Shown here: positions 19,146 to 27,596 of the stretch, in pieces
Layout of the letters: every line of letters starts with the position of its first letter
Position numbering within the stretch: position 1 is the stretch's first letter
Assembly: GCA_031550405.1 (NCBI GenBank)
Contig: JAVBOP010000049.1
Location: forward strand, 1-42,147
Reading direction: 5' to 3'
DNA: 42,147 bases
Source: Candidatus Kapaibacterium sp.
Lineage (GTDB): Bacteria; Bacteroidota; Ignavibacteria; Kapaibacteriales; UBA2268
The notes under the pieces: model-generated
Told to the model about the DNA's origin: nothing
Databases searched by the model: none
What the model saw: the letters and a program-made list of their open reading frames with translations, nothing else
Program-made: the position numbers and the translations under genes

Positions 19146-19784
19146 ATGAAAAGGTTATTTTTAGGATTATGGCTTATATTGCCAACTTTAATAATGACGT
19201 CATGTTATGACTATGACGATGACAAACTTGCAGAGGCTCAACTGCAAATAGTATCTCTCACCAATTATGATACTAAAGTTAATTTTTCCAACTACAAAAC
19301 ATTTGCGATTGCCGATTCTATTGTAATTATTACAGAGGACAGTAACGGAGATATTGCGCCAACGCCGACTGCCAACGGGCAGCAGTTAATTGATGAGGTT
19401 GCCAATATTCTTAGTGCGAATTACACCAAAGTTGATACGAGCGAAAGCCCCGATTTGGCTGTTACTCTTTATGCTTTTAAGGTGGATAACGTATCTTATG
19501 ACTGGTGGTATGATTACGATTGGTGGTACTGGTATTGGGATTGGTATCCTTATGATTGGTATTACCCTTATTATCCATATACTTACACAACTTCATACTC
19601 GGTTGGAACTTTGCTTATCAATATTGTTGATTTGAAGGCTAAAGACAAGGACAGTGGACGCTATCCTATTGTCTGGACAGGAATTGTACGTAATGTACTG
19701 TCTGATACGCACACATTGTCTGAGATACAAAGCGCTATAAGGGATTGCTTTAATCAGGGAACTGCATTTACAAATAATAAATAA
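19146..19784 (+). CDS. DUF4136-like lipoprotein with Trp/Tyr/Asp-rich insert
   Basis: I prefer ATG 19146 (MKRLFLGLWLILPTLIMTSC lipobox) to TTG 19137. The C-terminal block SVGTLLINIVDLKAKDKDSGRYPIVWTGIVRNVL resembles the DUF4136 signature. The insert is YDWWYDYDWWYWYWDWYPYDWYYPYYPYTY. Confidence 0.6.
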   Translation: MKRLFLGLWLILPTLIMTSCYDYDDDKLAEAQLQIVSLTNYDTKVNFSNYKTFAIADSIVIITEDSNGDIAPTPTANGQQLIDEVANILSANYTKVDTSESPDLAVTLYAFKVDNVSYDWWYDYDWWYWYWDWYPYDWYYPYYPYTYTTSYSVGTLLINIVDLKAKDKDSGRYPIVWTGIVRNVLSDTHTLSEIQSAIRDCFNQGTAFTNNK

Positions 19785-19819
19785 TTTTTAATAATACTAT
19801 AATATTTTGAGATAAGAAT

Positions 19820-20458
19820 ATGAAAAAGCTAATAATATCAATAATTTTAATGGCAATATGTTTTAATTATGCCAATGCACAAATTTCAAGTAATGATACT
19901 CGCCAATATTATACTTTTGGTTGGAATATAGGAAAATTGGTCGGCTCATCTGATGCATTCATTCCGGATGTTAGCTTGTCGGGCTTCACGTTCTCAGGGC
20001 AAATATATATATCCGAGCAATTTGCAGTCGGCTTCAACGTTGCATGGAATAATTATTATGGCTTTGTTGATCGGAAGAGTTATGAACTTGATGCCGGCAC
20101 TTATGTTACAGCCGAACAGTACCGCTATCTTACTTCGGTGCCTTTTCAAGTGGGCGGTTTTTGGAATTTCCAGCCCGACGGCATGATTCGTCCATATATT
20201 GGTCTGAGCGTCGGCGCTAATTATTCGACCCAATCAATATATGTTTCAGACTATGATTTTTATGACAATCAATATGGATTTCACGTAAGTCCTGAAATTG
20301 GTACATTTATAAAGTTTGGAAGAAACACAAACTGGGGAGCCAATTTATCTGCAAGTTATCAATACAATACAAACAGCTTTAATTTCAAAACAATAGACAA
20401 GCAGAACAGCTTGCAGGCTATCAATGGAACAATAGGTTTTACTTATATAATTGAGTAA
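19820..20458 (+). CDS. Outer-membrane beta-barrel protein (OmpW/porin-like small barrel)
   Basis: 212 aa with a signal peptide (NYANAQ). It has alternating amphipathic strands rich in G/Y/F/N (GFNVAWNNYYGF, PYIGLSVGANYS, WGANLSASYQYN, INGTIGFTYI). Confidence 0.6.
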   Translation: MKKLIISIILMAICFNYANAQISSNDTRQYYTFGWNIGKLVGSSDAFIPDVSLSGFTFSGQIYISEQFAVGFNVAWNNYYGFVDRKSYELDAGTYVTAEQYRYLTSVPFQVGGFWNFQPDGMIRPYIGLSVGANYSTQSIYVSDYDFYDNQYGFHVSPEIGTFIKFGRNTNWGANLSASYQYNTNSFNFKTIDKQNSLQAINGTIGFTYIIE

Positions 20459-20482
20459 ATTTATTTTAAATATTAACATTAT

Positions 20483-20527
20483 AACCTCATAATCTTATTA
20501 AAATCTATAGATTATGAGGTTTTTTTC
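20483..20527 (+). terminator. Rho-independent terminator
   Basis: aacctcataatct (20483..20495) pairs with agattatgaggtt (20509..20521), followed by a T7 run. Confidence 0.8.
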
Positions 20528-20694
20528 TGTTGCTGGCTATATTTTATCATATTGGTATTGCCGCATTATATAATTATAAGTGATTGCATGTGCAGATACG
20601 ACAAAAAAAATTTACAATTACTTTTACAATTATTAATATGTTATTCAAATATTTTTATGTTTCTAAGTTACTGCTAATTAGACGGCTATAACAG

Positions 20695-20720
20695 TATTTA
20701 TGAATTTTTATTCATAAATA
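20695..20720. promoter_or_regulatory. Perfect 11-4-11 palindrome TATTTATGAAT-TTTT-ATTCATAAATA (best copy of the recurrent operator-like motif)
   Basis: Read directly from the sequence. The inner 18 nt (tatgaatttttattcata) match the E. coli ARG-box consensus WNTGAATWWWWATTCANW at every position. It lies about 150 nt upstream of the response-regulator gene. Confidence 0.45.
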
Positions 20721-20827
20721 CCTGTAAACATAAAATTATGATATTTTTTATACCATTAACTTATGGTTGCCAAAGTATAAAACATAGGGATAATTTATAA
20801 ATTTTAGATACATTACAATTTTTTTCT

Positions 20828-20835
20828 TATATTTG
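20828..20835 (+). promoter_or_regulatory. Candidate -7 box TATATTTG (TAnnTTTG) upstream of the response regulator
   Basis: Matches the Bacteroidetes sigma-A -7 consensus. It lies 34 nt upstream of ATG 20869. Confidence 0.3.
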
Positions 20836-20868
20836 TCGGTATATAAAAAATATTTAAGGGTAAAAACG

Positions 20869-21498
20869 ATGATAAACATCATTATTGTTGATGACCACGC
20901 TGTGGTACGCAAGGGTTTAATCCAAATGATAGAGGAAATACCGGGCTTTTATAAAACCGATGAGGCAAGTTCCGGTGATGAATTGCTTCAAAAAGTCAAA
21001 GAGAATAAATACGATGTTGTTATTCTTGATATTTCCATGCCTGGCAAAGACGGACTTGACACTTTGAAAGCATTGAAACAGATTGCGCCGGAAATTCCTG
21101 TGCTTGCATTTTCCATGTATCCTGAAGACCAATATGCCGTGCGGCTGCTCAAATCGGGCGCATCCGGCTATATCAACAAGGAGTGCGAGCCTGAGGAGTT
21201 TATGAAGGCAGTGGACAGAGTGTCTAAGGGCATGAAATATGTTTCGCCGCAGCTCGGAGAAATTTTGATTAACAATCTCGAAGTTGGCGAAGTGCCTTTG
21301 CATGAGAACTTATCTGACAGGGAATTTCAAGTTATGTGCATGATGGCAAAAGGACGTTCGCCTTCGCAAATAGCTCATGACTTAAATCTAAGTATCAATA
21401 CTATAAGTACTTATAGAATCAGGATATTAGAAAAATTAAGATTAAACAATACAGCTGAAATTGCGCATTATGCAATTAAAAACAGGCTCGTTGAATAG
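20869..21498 (+). CDS. NarL/FixJ-type response regulator (REC plus LuxR HTH), no adjacent kinase
   Basis: Motifs MINIIIVDDHAVV and VVILDISMPGKDG (phospho-acceptor Asp). LuxR HTH: LSDREFQVMCMMAKGRSPSQIAHDLNLSINTISTYRIRILEKL. I prefer ATG 20869 to TTG 20833. Confidence 0.85.
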   Translation: MINIIIVDDHAVVRKGLIQMIEEIPGFYKTDEASSGDELLQKVKENKYDVVILDISMPGKDGLDTLKALKQIAPEIPVLAFSMYPEDQYAVRLLKSGASGYINKECEPEEFMKAVDRVSKGMKYVSPQLGEILINNLEVGEVPLHENLSDREFQVMCMMAKGRSPSQIAHDLNLSINTISTYRIRILEKLRLNNTAEIAHYAIKNRLVE

Positions 21499-21526
21499 TT
21501 ATCCATAATAAGGCTATTACTCTAAA

Positions 21527-23950
21527 ATGAACATTTCCTATAATTGGCTGAAAACATATATTGCCTTTGATTATGATATTTATGAGCTTGATAATATCCT
21601 TACAATGTTGGGATTTGAGCTTGATTCATATCAGGTTTTAGATGACAGATACAGCAATTTTACAATCGGCAAAATAAAGCAGGTGGTCAGAGATCCATCT
21701 GCTGATGCCTTGTCAATATGCCAGGTCGATATCGAAGGCTATACCATGCAAATAGTCTGCGGGGCGCCAAATGTAGCTGTGAACCAGAAAGTGGTGGTAG
21801 CTACGGAAGGCGCTGTTATCCCGTCGAACAGGCTCAAGATTGTCAATAGAAATATCAGAGGGCATTTGTCTGAGGGAATGATATGCAGTCAGGCAGAACT
21901 TGAGTTTGGCAGTGATAGCAGTGGTATATGGGTATTGCCCGATGACGCTCCTGTGGGTGTGCCGTTTGTGGAATATATGGATATTGATGATATAATATTG
22001 GAAATAAGCCTTACTCCAAACAAAGCCGATTGTGCCAGCCATCTTGGCGTTGCTCGTGAAATAGCAGCGTATATGCGGGAAAAAATACAGCCGCCTGCAT
22101 TCCTGTTGAATGAAACACAGGAGAGATGCTCTGACCATATCGATGTGAGCATTGAAGATGAAAAGCTATGCCAGCGCTATATTGCCCGGGTTATACGCAA
22201 TGTGAAAAATGGCGAATCGCCGCTATGGCTTAAGAATGCGTTGCTGAAAACAGGCATACGTCCCATCAATATCGTCGTTGATGTTACCAATTATGTGCTT
22301 ATGGAGTATGGACACCCGCTTCATGCCTTCGATTTGAACAAGATTGCGGGCAATACCATCACAGTCAAAACAGGCTTCGACGGCTGTAAATTTACTACTC
22401 TTGACGGCAAGGAGCGCACTCTTGACGGCGACATGCTGATGATATGCGATGCCGATAAGCCTATTGCTATAGCAGGAGTTATGGGTGGGGAGAATGCGGA
22501 AATCACCGATGATACCACCGACGTGGTATTGGAGGCGGCATATTTTGCTCCATCATCTGTACGCCGAACAGCCAAAAAGCTTGGCTTGGCAACCGATGCC
22601 TCCTATCGCTTTGAACGGGGCACTGATATAAATGCCTTATCGACATCCATTGACAGAGCAGCACAGCTTATCGCCGAACTTGCGCAAGGGCATGTGCTTA
22701 GTGAGCCTGTGGAGAGGTATCCCAATATATATGAACCACTTATCATAGAATTGCCGTTTGAAAAAGTAATGCAGGTTATCGGTGCAGATGTGGATACTGA
22801 TGACATTATGCACATATTATATCTGCTGGATTTTACTATTGTGGATGAGACAAAGAGCAGTATTACTGTTGAAGTGCCAAGTCGGCGCAGGCATGATGTG
22901 GGATCGTATATAGATTTGATAGAGGAGATTGCGCGGCTTATAAATTATGATAATATTGAGCCTGACTTCACATCAGCTATTGATTTTAACAAAACAGAGC
23001 TGCCTGCAACACTGACGCCTTTACCTGTGCGCAACAGGATACGTACCTATTGTGCCAATTCTGGCTTTTGCGAGATACTCACACATAATATGACAGATCC
23101 GTATTCGGCAAGCCTTTTCACAGATAAGGCGATAACAATCAACAATCCATTGGGCGGGGAGATGTCGAACATGCGCCCGTCAATGATAACTCAAATGCTG
23201 AAAACGATAGCTTTCAATATCAGGCAAGGCTCGGTCAATTTGAAGCTGTTCGAGACCGGAAAGGTGTTTTTGCCATATACCAGTATTGCAAATTCATTCA
23301 TTGACAATATTGACGAGCGGGAGCATTTTGTGCTTGCTGTCACAGGTTCTATAGCCTCCAGACAATGGGCAGTTCCAGAAAGGAAGTTTGACTTTTTTGA
23401 TATGAAAGGATATATCGAAGATATATTCAACTTCTTTAATATAAGGAATTATAAGATAAAGCCATTAGATGAAGATGATAATGTCTTTGATAAAAATTCG
23501 GCTAAAATTGTTATTGACAAAAGGAGTATCGGCAAAATAGGCGGAATATCCAAAAATATTCTTAAAAAATATGATATAGAAAATCAAGTATTTATTGCGG
23601 ATATAGATATAACCGAACTCAGCGATATAGAAATTCCGCCGCCACTGTATCAGCCTGTTACACCGTATCCTGTTATAATGCGGGACTTATCATTTATTAT
23701 CGACGACAGGAGTTCTGCCTCGGATATAATTAAAAACATTAAAGGCAAAGCGAGCAGCCTTTTGCAGAGTATTGACGTTTTTGATGTTTATCAAGGTAAA
23801 AATATCGAAAAAGGCAAGAAAAACATTGGCTTTTCCCTGACATTTGGAAGCAGCAGGCGGACATTGACAGATGTAGAAATAGAGGGTGAAATTGCTGCAA
23901 TTGTTAATTCTATCGAAAAAAATTTCGATGCACAACTTAGAAAATTTTAA
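21527..23950 (+). CDS. pheT: Phenylalanine--tRNA ligase beta subunit
   Basis: 807 aa. MNISYNWLK start, tRNA-binding domain (GKIKQV...HPSADALSICQVD), B3/4 and B5 regions, and an FDX-ACB C-terminus (YPVIMRDLSFII...DVFDVYQGKNI..GKKNIGFSLTF). Confidence 0.95.
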   Translation: MNISYNWLKTYIAFDYDIYELDNILTMLGFELDSYQVLDDRYSNFTIGKIKQVVRDPSADALSICQVDIEGYTMQIVCGAPNVAVNQKVVVATEGAVIPSNRLKIVNRNIRGHLSEGMICSQAELEFGSDSSGIWVLPDDAPVGVPFVEYMDIDDIILEISLTPNKADCASHLGVAREIAAYMREKIQPPAFLLNETQERCSDHIDVSIEDEKLCQRYIARVIRNVKNGESPLWLKNALLKTGIRPINIVVDVTNYVLMEYGHPLHAFDLNKIAGNTITVKTGFDGCKFTTLDGKERTLDGDMLMICDADKPIAIAGVMGGENAEITDDTTDVVLEAAYFAPSSVRRTAKKLGLATDASYRFERGTDINALSTSIDRAAQLIAELAQGHVLSEPVERYPNIYEPLIIELPFEKVMQVIGADVDTDDIMHILYLLDFTIVDETKSSITVEVPSRRRHDVGSYIDLIEEIARLINYDNIEPDFTSAIDFNKTELPATLTPLPVRNRIRTYCANSGFCEILTHNMTDPYSASLFTDKAITINNPLGGEMSNMRPSMITQMLKTIAFNIRQGSVNLKLFETGKVFLPYTSIANSFIDNIDEREHFVLAVTGSIASRQWAVPERKFDFFDMKGYIEDIFNFFNIRNYKIKPLDEDDNVFDKNSAKIVIDKRSIGKIGGISKNILKKYDIENQVFIADIDITELSDIEIPPPLYQPVTPYPVIMRDLSFIIDDRSSASDIIKNIKGKASSLLQSIDVFDVYQGKNIEKGKKNIGFSLTFGSSRRTLTDVEIEGEIAAIVNSIEKNFDAQLRKF

Positions 23951-24008
23951 CATTCATTTATGAAAAAAAATTCATAATCATTACTTCAAATAATATTGGC
24001 ATTATCTG

Positions 24009-24710
24009 ATGAACAATCCCTATCTATCATTAATAATCCCTGCTTATAATGAAGAAGAGCGTCTCTAAAATTACCTGAAAAAAATTACAGAATATATTGC
24101 GGAACAGAATTATATAGCTGAAATTTTGCTTGTTGACGATGGTTCGACTGATAAAACCATCGAAGTAGCCAGCAAATTTGATGCTGTTGAAATTTTAAGT
24201 TATGGCGCAAACAAAGGTAAAGGTGCAGCTGTTCGGCATGGTATGTTGAATGCTGCAGGTAATTATTGTGTATTTACGGATACCGATTTATCGACGCCGA
24301 TTTATGAGTTGGAAAAAATGCTTTTCGAGCTGGAAAAAGGGTATGATATTGTGATTGGCAATCGGGCGGATAATAATTTTATGCTAAAAGTGCGCCAGCC
24401 TTTTTATCGTGAATTTATGGGAAAAATATTCAATAAAATTGTGCAAGCTACTGTTTTCAAGGGAATTACAGATACGCAATGTGGATTCAAGGGTTTTAAA
24501 AAAGAAGCCGCAAAAGCCATATTTTCTAAAGCACAAATTGATGGTTTCAGCTTCGATGTAGAGGCTTTATTTCTTGCACGCAAACTTGGCTTTACGATAA
24601 GGGAAATACCGGTAGAATGGTACAACGATGCCCGCAGCAAAGTCAATCCCATCAAAGATTCCACCAAAATGATGTTAGAGCTTTTTAAAATCAGAAATCT
24701 ATACAGATAA
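24009..24710 (+). pseudogene. GT2 glycosyltransferase (dolichyl-phosphate glucosyltransferase-like) interrupted by one in-frame TAA at codon 20
   Basis: ATG 24009 gives MNNPYLSLIIPAYNEEERL, then TAA (24066..24068). The same frame continues NYLKKITEYIAEQNYIAEILLVDDGSTDKT...DTDLSTP, joining track ORF 24126..24710. The canonical GT2 N-terminus is therefore split by a single stop. Confidence 0.7.
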
Positions 24711-24731
24711 AAATAAAATTCGAAGCGTATT

Positions 24732-24765
24732 AAAAAAGGCAGCTATTGTGCTGCCATTTTTTTTT
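24732..24765. terminator. Bidirectional terminator between the convergent GT2 gene and folK
   Basis: ggcagc (24738..24743) pairs with gctgcc (24750..24755). An A-run lies on the left and a T-run on the right. Confidence 0.65.
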
Positions 24766-25252
24766 AATATACTTTTTCCACTTTGCTTGTGTCGTCGCAG
24801 GCAAGTAAAAGCTCCAGAATGCTTTTCTTTGCAACAGGATGCAATATATCTGGTGCAATTTCTGATGCAGGCTCTAATACAAATCGGCGGTTACACATGT
24901 AGTTATGCGGAATAATTAATTTTTTTTCATTTATTGTGCGACTATTGAACAACAAAATATCAATATCAATTTTCCGCTCAGTCCACTGTTCTTTCTGTCT
25001 TCTTCCAAGAAAAAATTCCACAGACTTGCAGAAAAATATCAGTTCTTCAGGCGAAAAAAATGTCTTGCCTGTCATCACAATATTATAAAACCAAGGCTGA
25101 TTTAAATTGCCAAACGGCTCGGTTTCATAAAAAGATGAAAGCTTTATAACAGTTAAAATCTTCGCCTCGGTTAATTATGAAATTGCATTCAAAATATTCT
25201 GTTTCCTATCGCCAATATTTGAACCAAGCGACAGTAACACGCTATTTTTCAA
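24764..25252 (-). pseudogene. folK: HPPK (2-amino-4-hydroxy-6-hydroxymethyldihydropterin diphosphokinase) with one in-frame TAA at codon 26
   Basis: From TTG 25252 the frame reads MKNSVLLSLGSNIGDRKQNILNAIS, then TAA (25177..25175). The same frame continues LTEAKILTVIKLSSFYETEPFGNLNQPWFYNIVMTGKT...ERKIDIDILLFN...IIPHNYM.NRRFVLEP. The total of 163 codons matches full-length FolK. Confidence 0.7.
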
Positions 25253-25256
25253 TATA

Positions 25257-25634
25257 TTACGCTTCTCTCTCAATGCTTTGTTCAACTTCTATGCAATCAA
25301 TATATCGATGAATTGGAACGTTGAGTTTGCGCACTTTGACGGAAATTTTTTCCAATATTTCAAACTTATCCATCACACCATTCAAAATTTCATTGGCAAC
25401 AGTTTCCACAAGATTATAATTTTCGTTTTGAATAATTTCGGAAATATTGTAAAGCACTTCCTCGTAATTTATAGCATAATTCACGTCGTCGCTAATGATT
25501 GCGGTTGTTGCGTCATAGTACAAATCAATATCGACTTCATATTTGCCGCCGATCTCTTTCTCTGCTTTATTTACGCCATGATACGCATAAAATACTGCTT
25601 TTTTTATTGATAATTTGGTTAACGAAATAGACAT
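25257..25634 (-). CDS. folB: Dihydroneopterin aldolase
   Basis: 125 aa. Motifs FYAYHGVNKAEKEIGGKYEVDIDL and DDVNYAINYEEV...NLVETVANEI. GGAG SD upstream. Confidence 0.85.
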   Translation of the reverse strand: MSISLTKLSIKKAVFYAYHGVNKAEKEIGGKYEVDIDLYYDATTAIISDDVNYAINYEEVLYNISEIIQNENYNLVETVANEILNGVMDKFEILEKISVKVRKLNVPIHRYIDCIEVEQSIEREA

Positions 25635-25669
25635 ATTTGCTCCAGTTTAAATTGATTTATGAATATTTT

Positions 25670-25921
25670 TTAATTTATATCTGCAATAAAATAATTTATT
25701 ATTTCCACAAGTTTTTTGGTATTTTGCTTATTAATATATTCATTCAACGAAAGAATTTTGCTTCTAAAATCTTCATTTTTCTTTTGCTGATGAAGATTGA
25801 CGCGGCGCAGAGATATTAGCGTGTTGTCCGTAATTTCCTCTCGCTGCCTTTCTTTTAGCGCTTTTTCACGCTTAAAAAGCATAATTTCATTTTTATTTTT
25901 AGGAATATATTTGATTGACAT
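25670..25921 (-). CDS. Small charged hypothetical protein (83 aa)
   Basis: ORF packed tightly between the lipoprotein gene and folB on the same strand. It is Lys/Glu-rich with coiled-coil character. No family recognised and no obvious SD. Confidence 0.4.
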   Translation of the reverse strand: MSIKYIPKNKNEIMLFKREKALKERQREEITDNTLISLRRVNLHQQKKNEDFRSKILSLNEYINKQNTKKLVEIINYFIADIN

Positions 25922-25926
25922 AGTTT

Positions 25927-26436
25927 TTAATCGGTAATCTCATATTTTTTCCTGAGAGAATTATACAAAAATACTGCATCGTAAGTAAACGTATTATTTG
26001 GCAGTTCCGGCTTTTCCTTATAAAATTGAACTTCCAAAGTTACAGCCGGCAATACGTTTGTTTTAGTTGTCGGCGGAATATATCTAACTTCAGTTTTATT
26101 TTCTGTGGTATCGCCTTTTTTAGTTTTCGTTTCCTTCGTTTCAACTCCGCCGGGCGAAGTGTATGTGGATATTTTTGTTAAGTCTTTATTTTCCACAACG
26201 ATAAAGTATTTGTAGTTATTTTCGACCGCCAATTCTGCGCTTCGCAATAAAGCGTAATCGCCAACATCTTCCTGTTTTGTGCTTGAATTTCCAAAATAGT
26301 AAACCATGGCTCTATCGGGAGCGTAAAAAGTTTCTTTGTATCCACCGCCAAATTCATCATACTTTTTATATCCGGTTTGGCAAGCCACACAAACAAACAA
26401 CGTTATGAATAACAATAAGATACAATATTTTTTCAT
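25927..26436 (-). CDS. Lipoprotein resembling the CC0125/CC1285 lipoprotein family
   Basis: Lipobox LFVCVAC. GGGYKETFYAPDRAMVYYFGNSSTKQEDVGDYALLRSAELAVENNYKYFIVVE resembles the GYSE...F.GN..T....V..Y.LLRAAELT...Y.YF pattern of that family. Confidence 0.5.
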   Translation of the reverse strand: MKKYCILLLFITLFVCVACQTGYKKYDEFGGGYKETFYAPDRAMVYYFGNSSTKQEDVGDYALLRSAELAVENNYKYFIVVENKDLTKISTYTSPGGVETKETKTKKGDTTENKTEVRYIPPTTKTNVLPAVTLEVQFYKEKPELPNNTFTYDAVFLYNSLRKKYEITD

Positions 26437-26518
26437 TAAAACCTCAATAATTTAAATTATTTATAAATTTTTTTGATATGCCCAAAATATCATTTATTAA
26501 TTTTTATTCATAAATATC

Positions 26519-27457
26519 CTAACGAACCTTATCGTGAGGATATTTGTGAAAAATACGCAAAAGCTTTATAGGCTCAAAAGATGCATCCCGCAAAATGAGC
26601 TGTTTTACTTGCAAACTCTGAGTTTCTACATTAAAAAATCCTTTCTTTTCAATATTTTCATCTATCGATTTTTCAAGAAAATTCAAATTATAATCATCAA
26701 ATATTTCCCTGTCCTTAATGCCTTTCACCAATTTTTTATCTATTTTTGAAATCCCGCAAAAAGCAATATTTGCATACTCAATATCGTAGTCGGGAAAATT
26801 GTTTATCGCAATTGGAATAGGAATATTATCTAAGTATAACTGAAACAATCTCAACTGCTTAGCATTTGCTGAACTTTGCTTCATCAGATAATTTTGATTC
26901 GTCTCCAATTCATTAATTCTTGCTTCAAAAACAGCTTTTTTATCCGATAATTGCGCAATAACTTTCAGCAAATTATTGTGTTGCATTTGGTAATATCTAT
27001 TCTGAGAATTCGTATCGCTATTTTGCGGCTTAAATAAATTATTTGATGAAAATATTAACAACACTCCATGCTGTTCACCGTTAATATTATTGGCAGGGCT
27101 AATTTTAAGTGAATAATTTTTAGCTTTTATCGACACATCGATATGACATAATTTATTAGCAGAAATTGCATTTTTTATTGTACCGCTTATCGAATTAAGT
27201 GCTTCAAAATCATGAGTTATCAAATCAGAAAACATTTTGCCTTCCAATCTTACCTTCAACATAAAATTGGAATTTGTTGAGAAAAAAATTGATTTTGCAG
27301 GATAATTAATAAATTTAATAATTTGTTTTTTATCTAATATTATTATGCCTTCATCTACTAAATTCAATGTATCATACATAATTTTAGAAAATTTATTGCC
27401 TGTTTCTTCCATGTTCTCATTTTTTTCCATTTGAATAAATTCATAAAAACTATTCAT
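26519..27457 (-). CDS. Hypothetical cytoplasmic protein, possibly tandem PAS-like folds, no output domain
   Basis: 312-aa ORF. The segments LVDEGIIILDKKQIIKFINYPAKSIF and IPIAINNFPDYDIEYANIAFCGIS look PAS-like, with a coiled-coil linker between them. Confidence 0.4.
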   Translation of the reverse strand: MNSFYEFIQMEKNENMEETGNKFSKIMYDTLNLVDEGIIILDKKQIIKFINYPAKSIFFSTNSNFMLKVRLEGKMFSDLITHDFEALNSISGTIKNAISANKLCHIDVSIKAKNYSLKISPANNINGEQHGVLLIFSSNNLFKPQNSDTNSQNRYYQMQHNNLLKVIAQLSDKKAVFEARINELETNQNYLMKQSSANAKQLRLFQLYLDNIPIPIAINNFPDYDIEYANIAFCGISKIDKKLVKGIKDREIFDDYNLNFLEKSIDENIEKKGFFNVETQSLQVKQLILRDASFEPIKLLRIFHKYPHDKVR

Positions 27458-27551
27458 TTACAAATATAACTTAAAAAATGCAATCCCAATAATTTTATTC
27501 TCTATTATTTAACTGTGTATTCGAATATGGAGCAAAATTTGTATATTGCAA

Positions 27552-27559
27552 TAGTTTTG
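27552..27559 (+). promoter_or_regulatory. Candidate -7 box TAGTTTTG upstream of grpE
   Basis: TAnnTTTG match 38 nt upstream of ATG 27597. Confidence 0.3.
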
Positions 27560-27596
27560 ATTAAGCTATTGTTTTAAATTTAATGTTTGAAAACAG

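Noticed and set aside
20695-20720. Interpreting the recurrent dyad simply as ArgR operators.
   Set aside because: The core matches the ARG box. However, the sites are single rather than tandem, none flanks an arginine gene, and they occur in nearly every spacer. I report it as a motif of unknown regulator, not as an ArgR regulon call.
21713-23953. Several 70-141-aa minus-strand ORFs inside pheT.
   Set aside because: They are antisense shadows of a highly conserved 807-aa gene.
24066-25177. Possibility that TAA is reassigned or read through (alternative genetic code), given two in-frame TAA codons in conserved genes.
   Set aside because: Most well-supported genes in the window terminate at TAA at the expected protein length (for example tpiA-adjacent lptC, folB, the T9SS cargo gene and grpE). 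Global reassignment therefore does not fit. Local nonsense mutation or a base error is the simpler explanation.
27458-27596. CIRCE (TTAGCACTC-N9-GAGTGCTAA) heat-shock operator upstream of grpE.
   Set aside because: The sequence is not present in the spacer.
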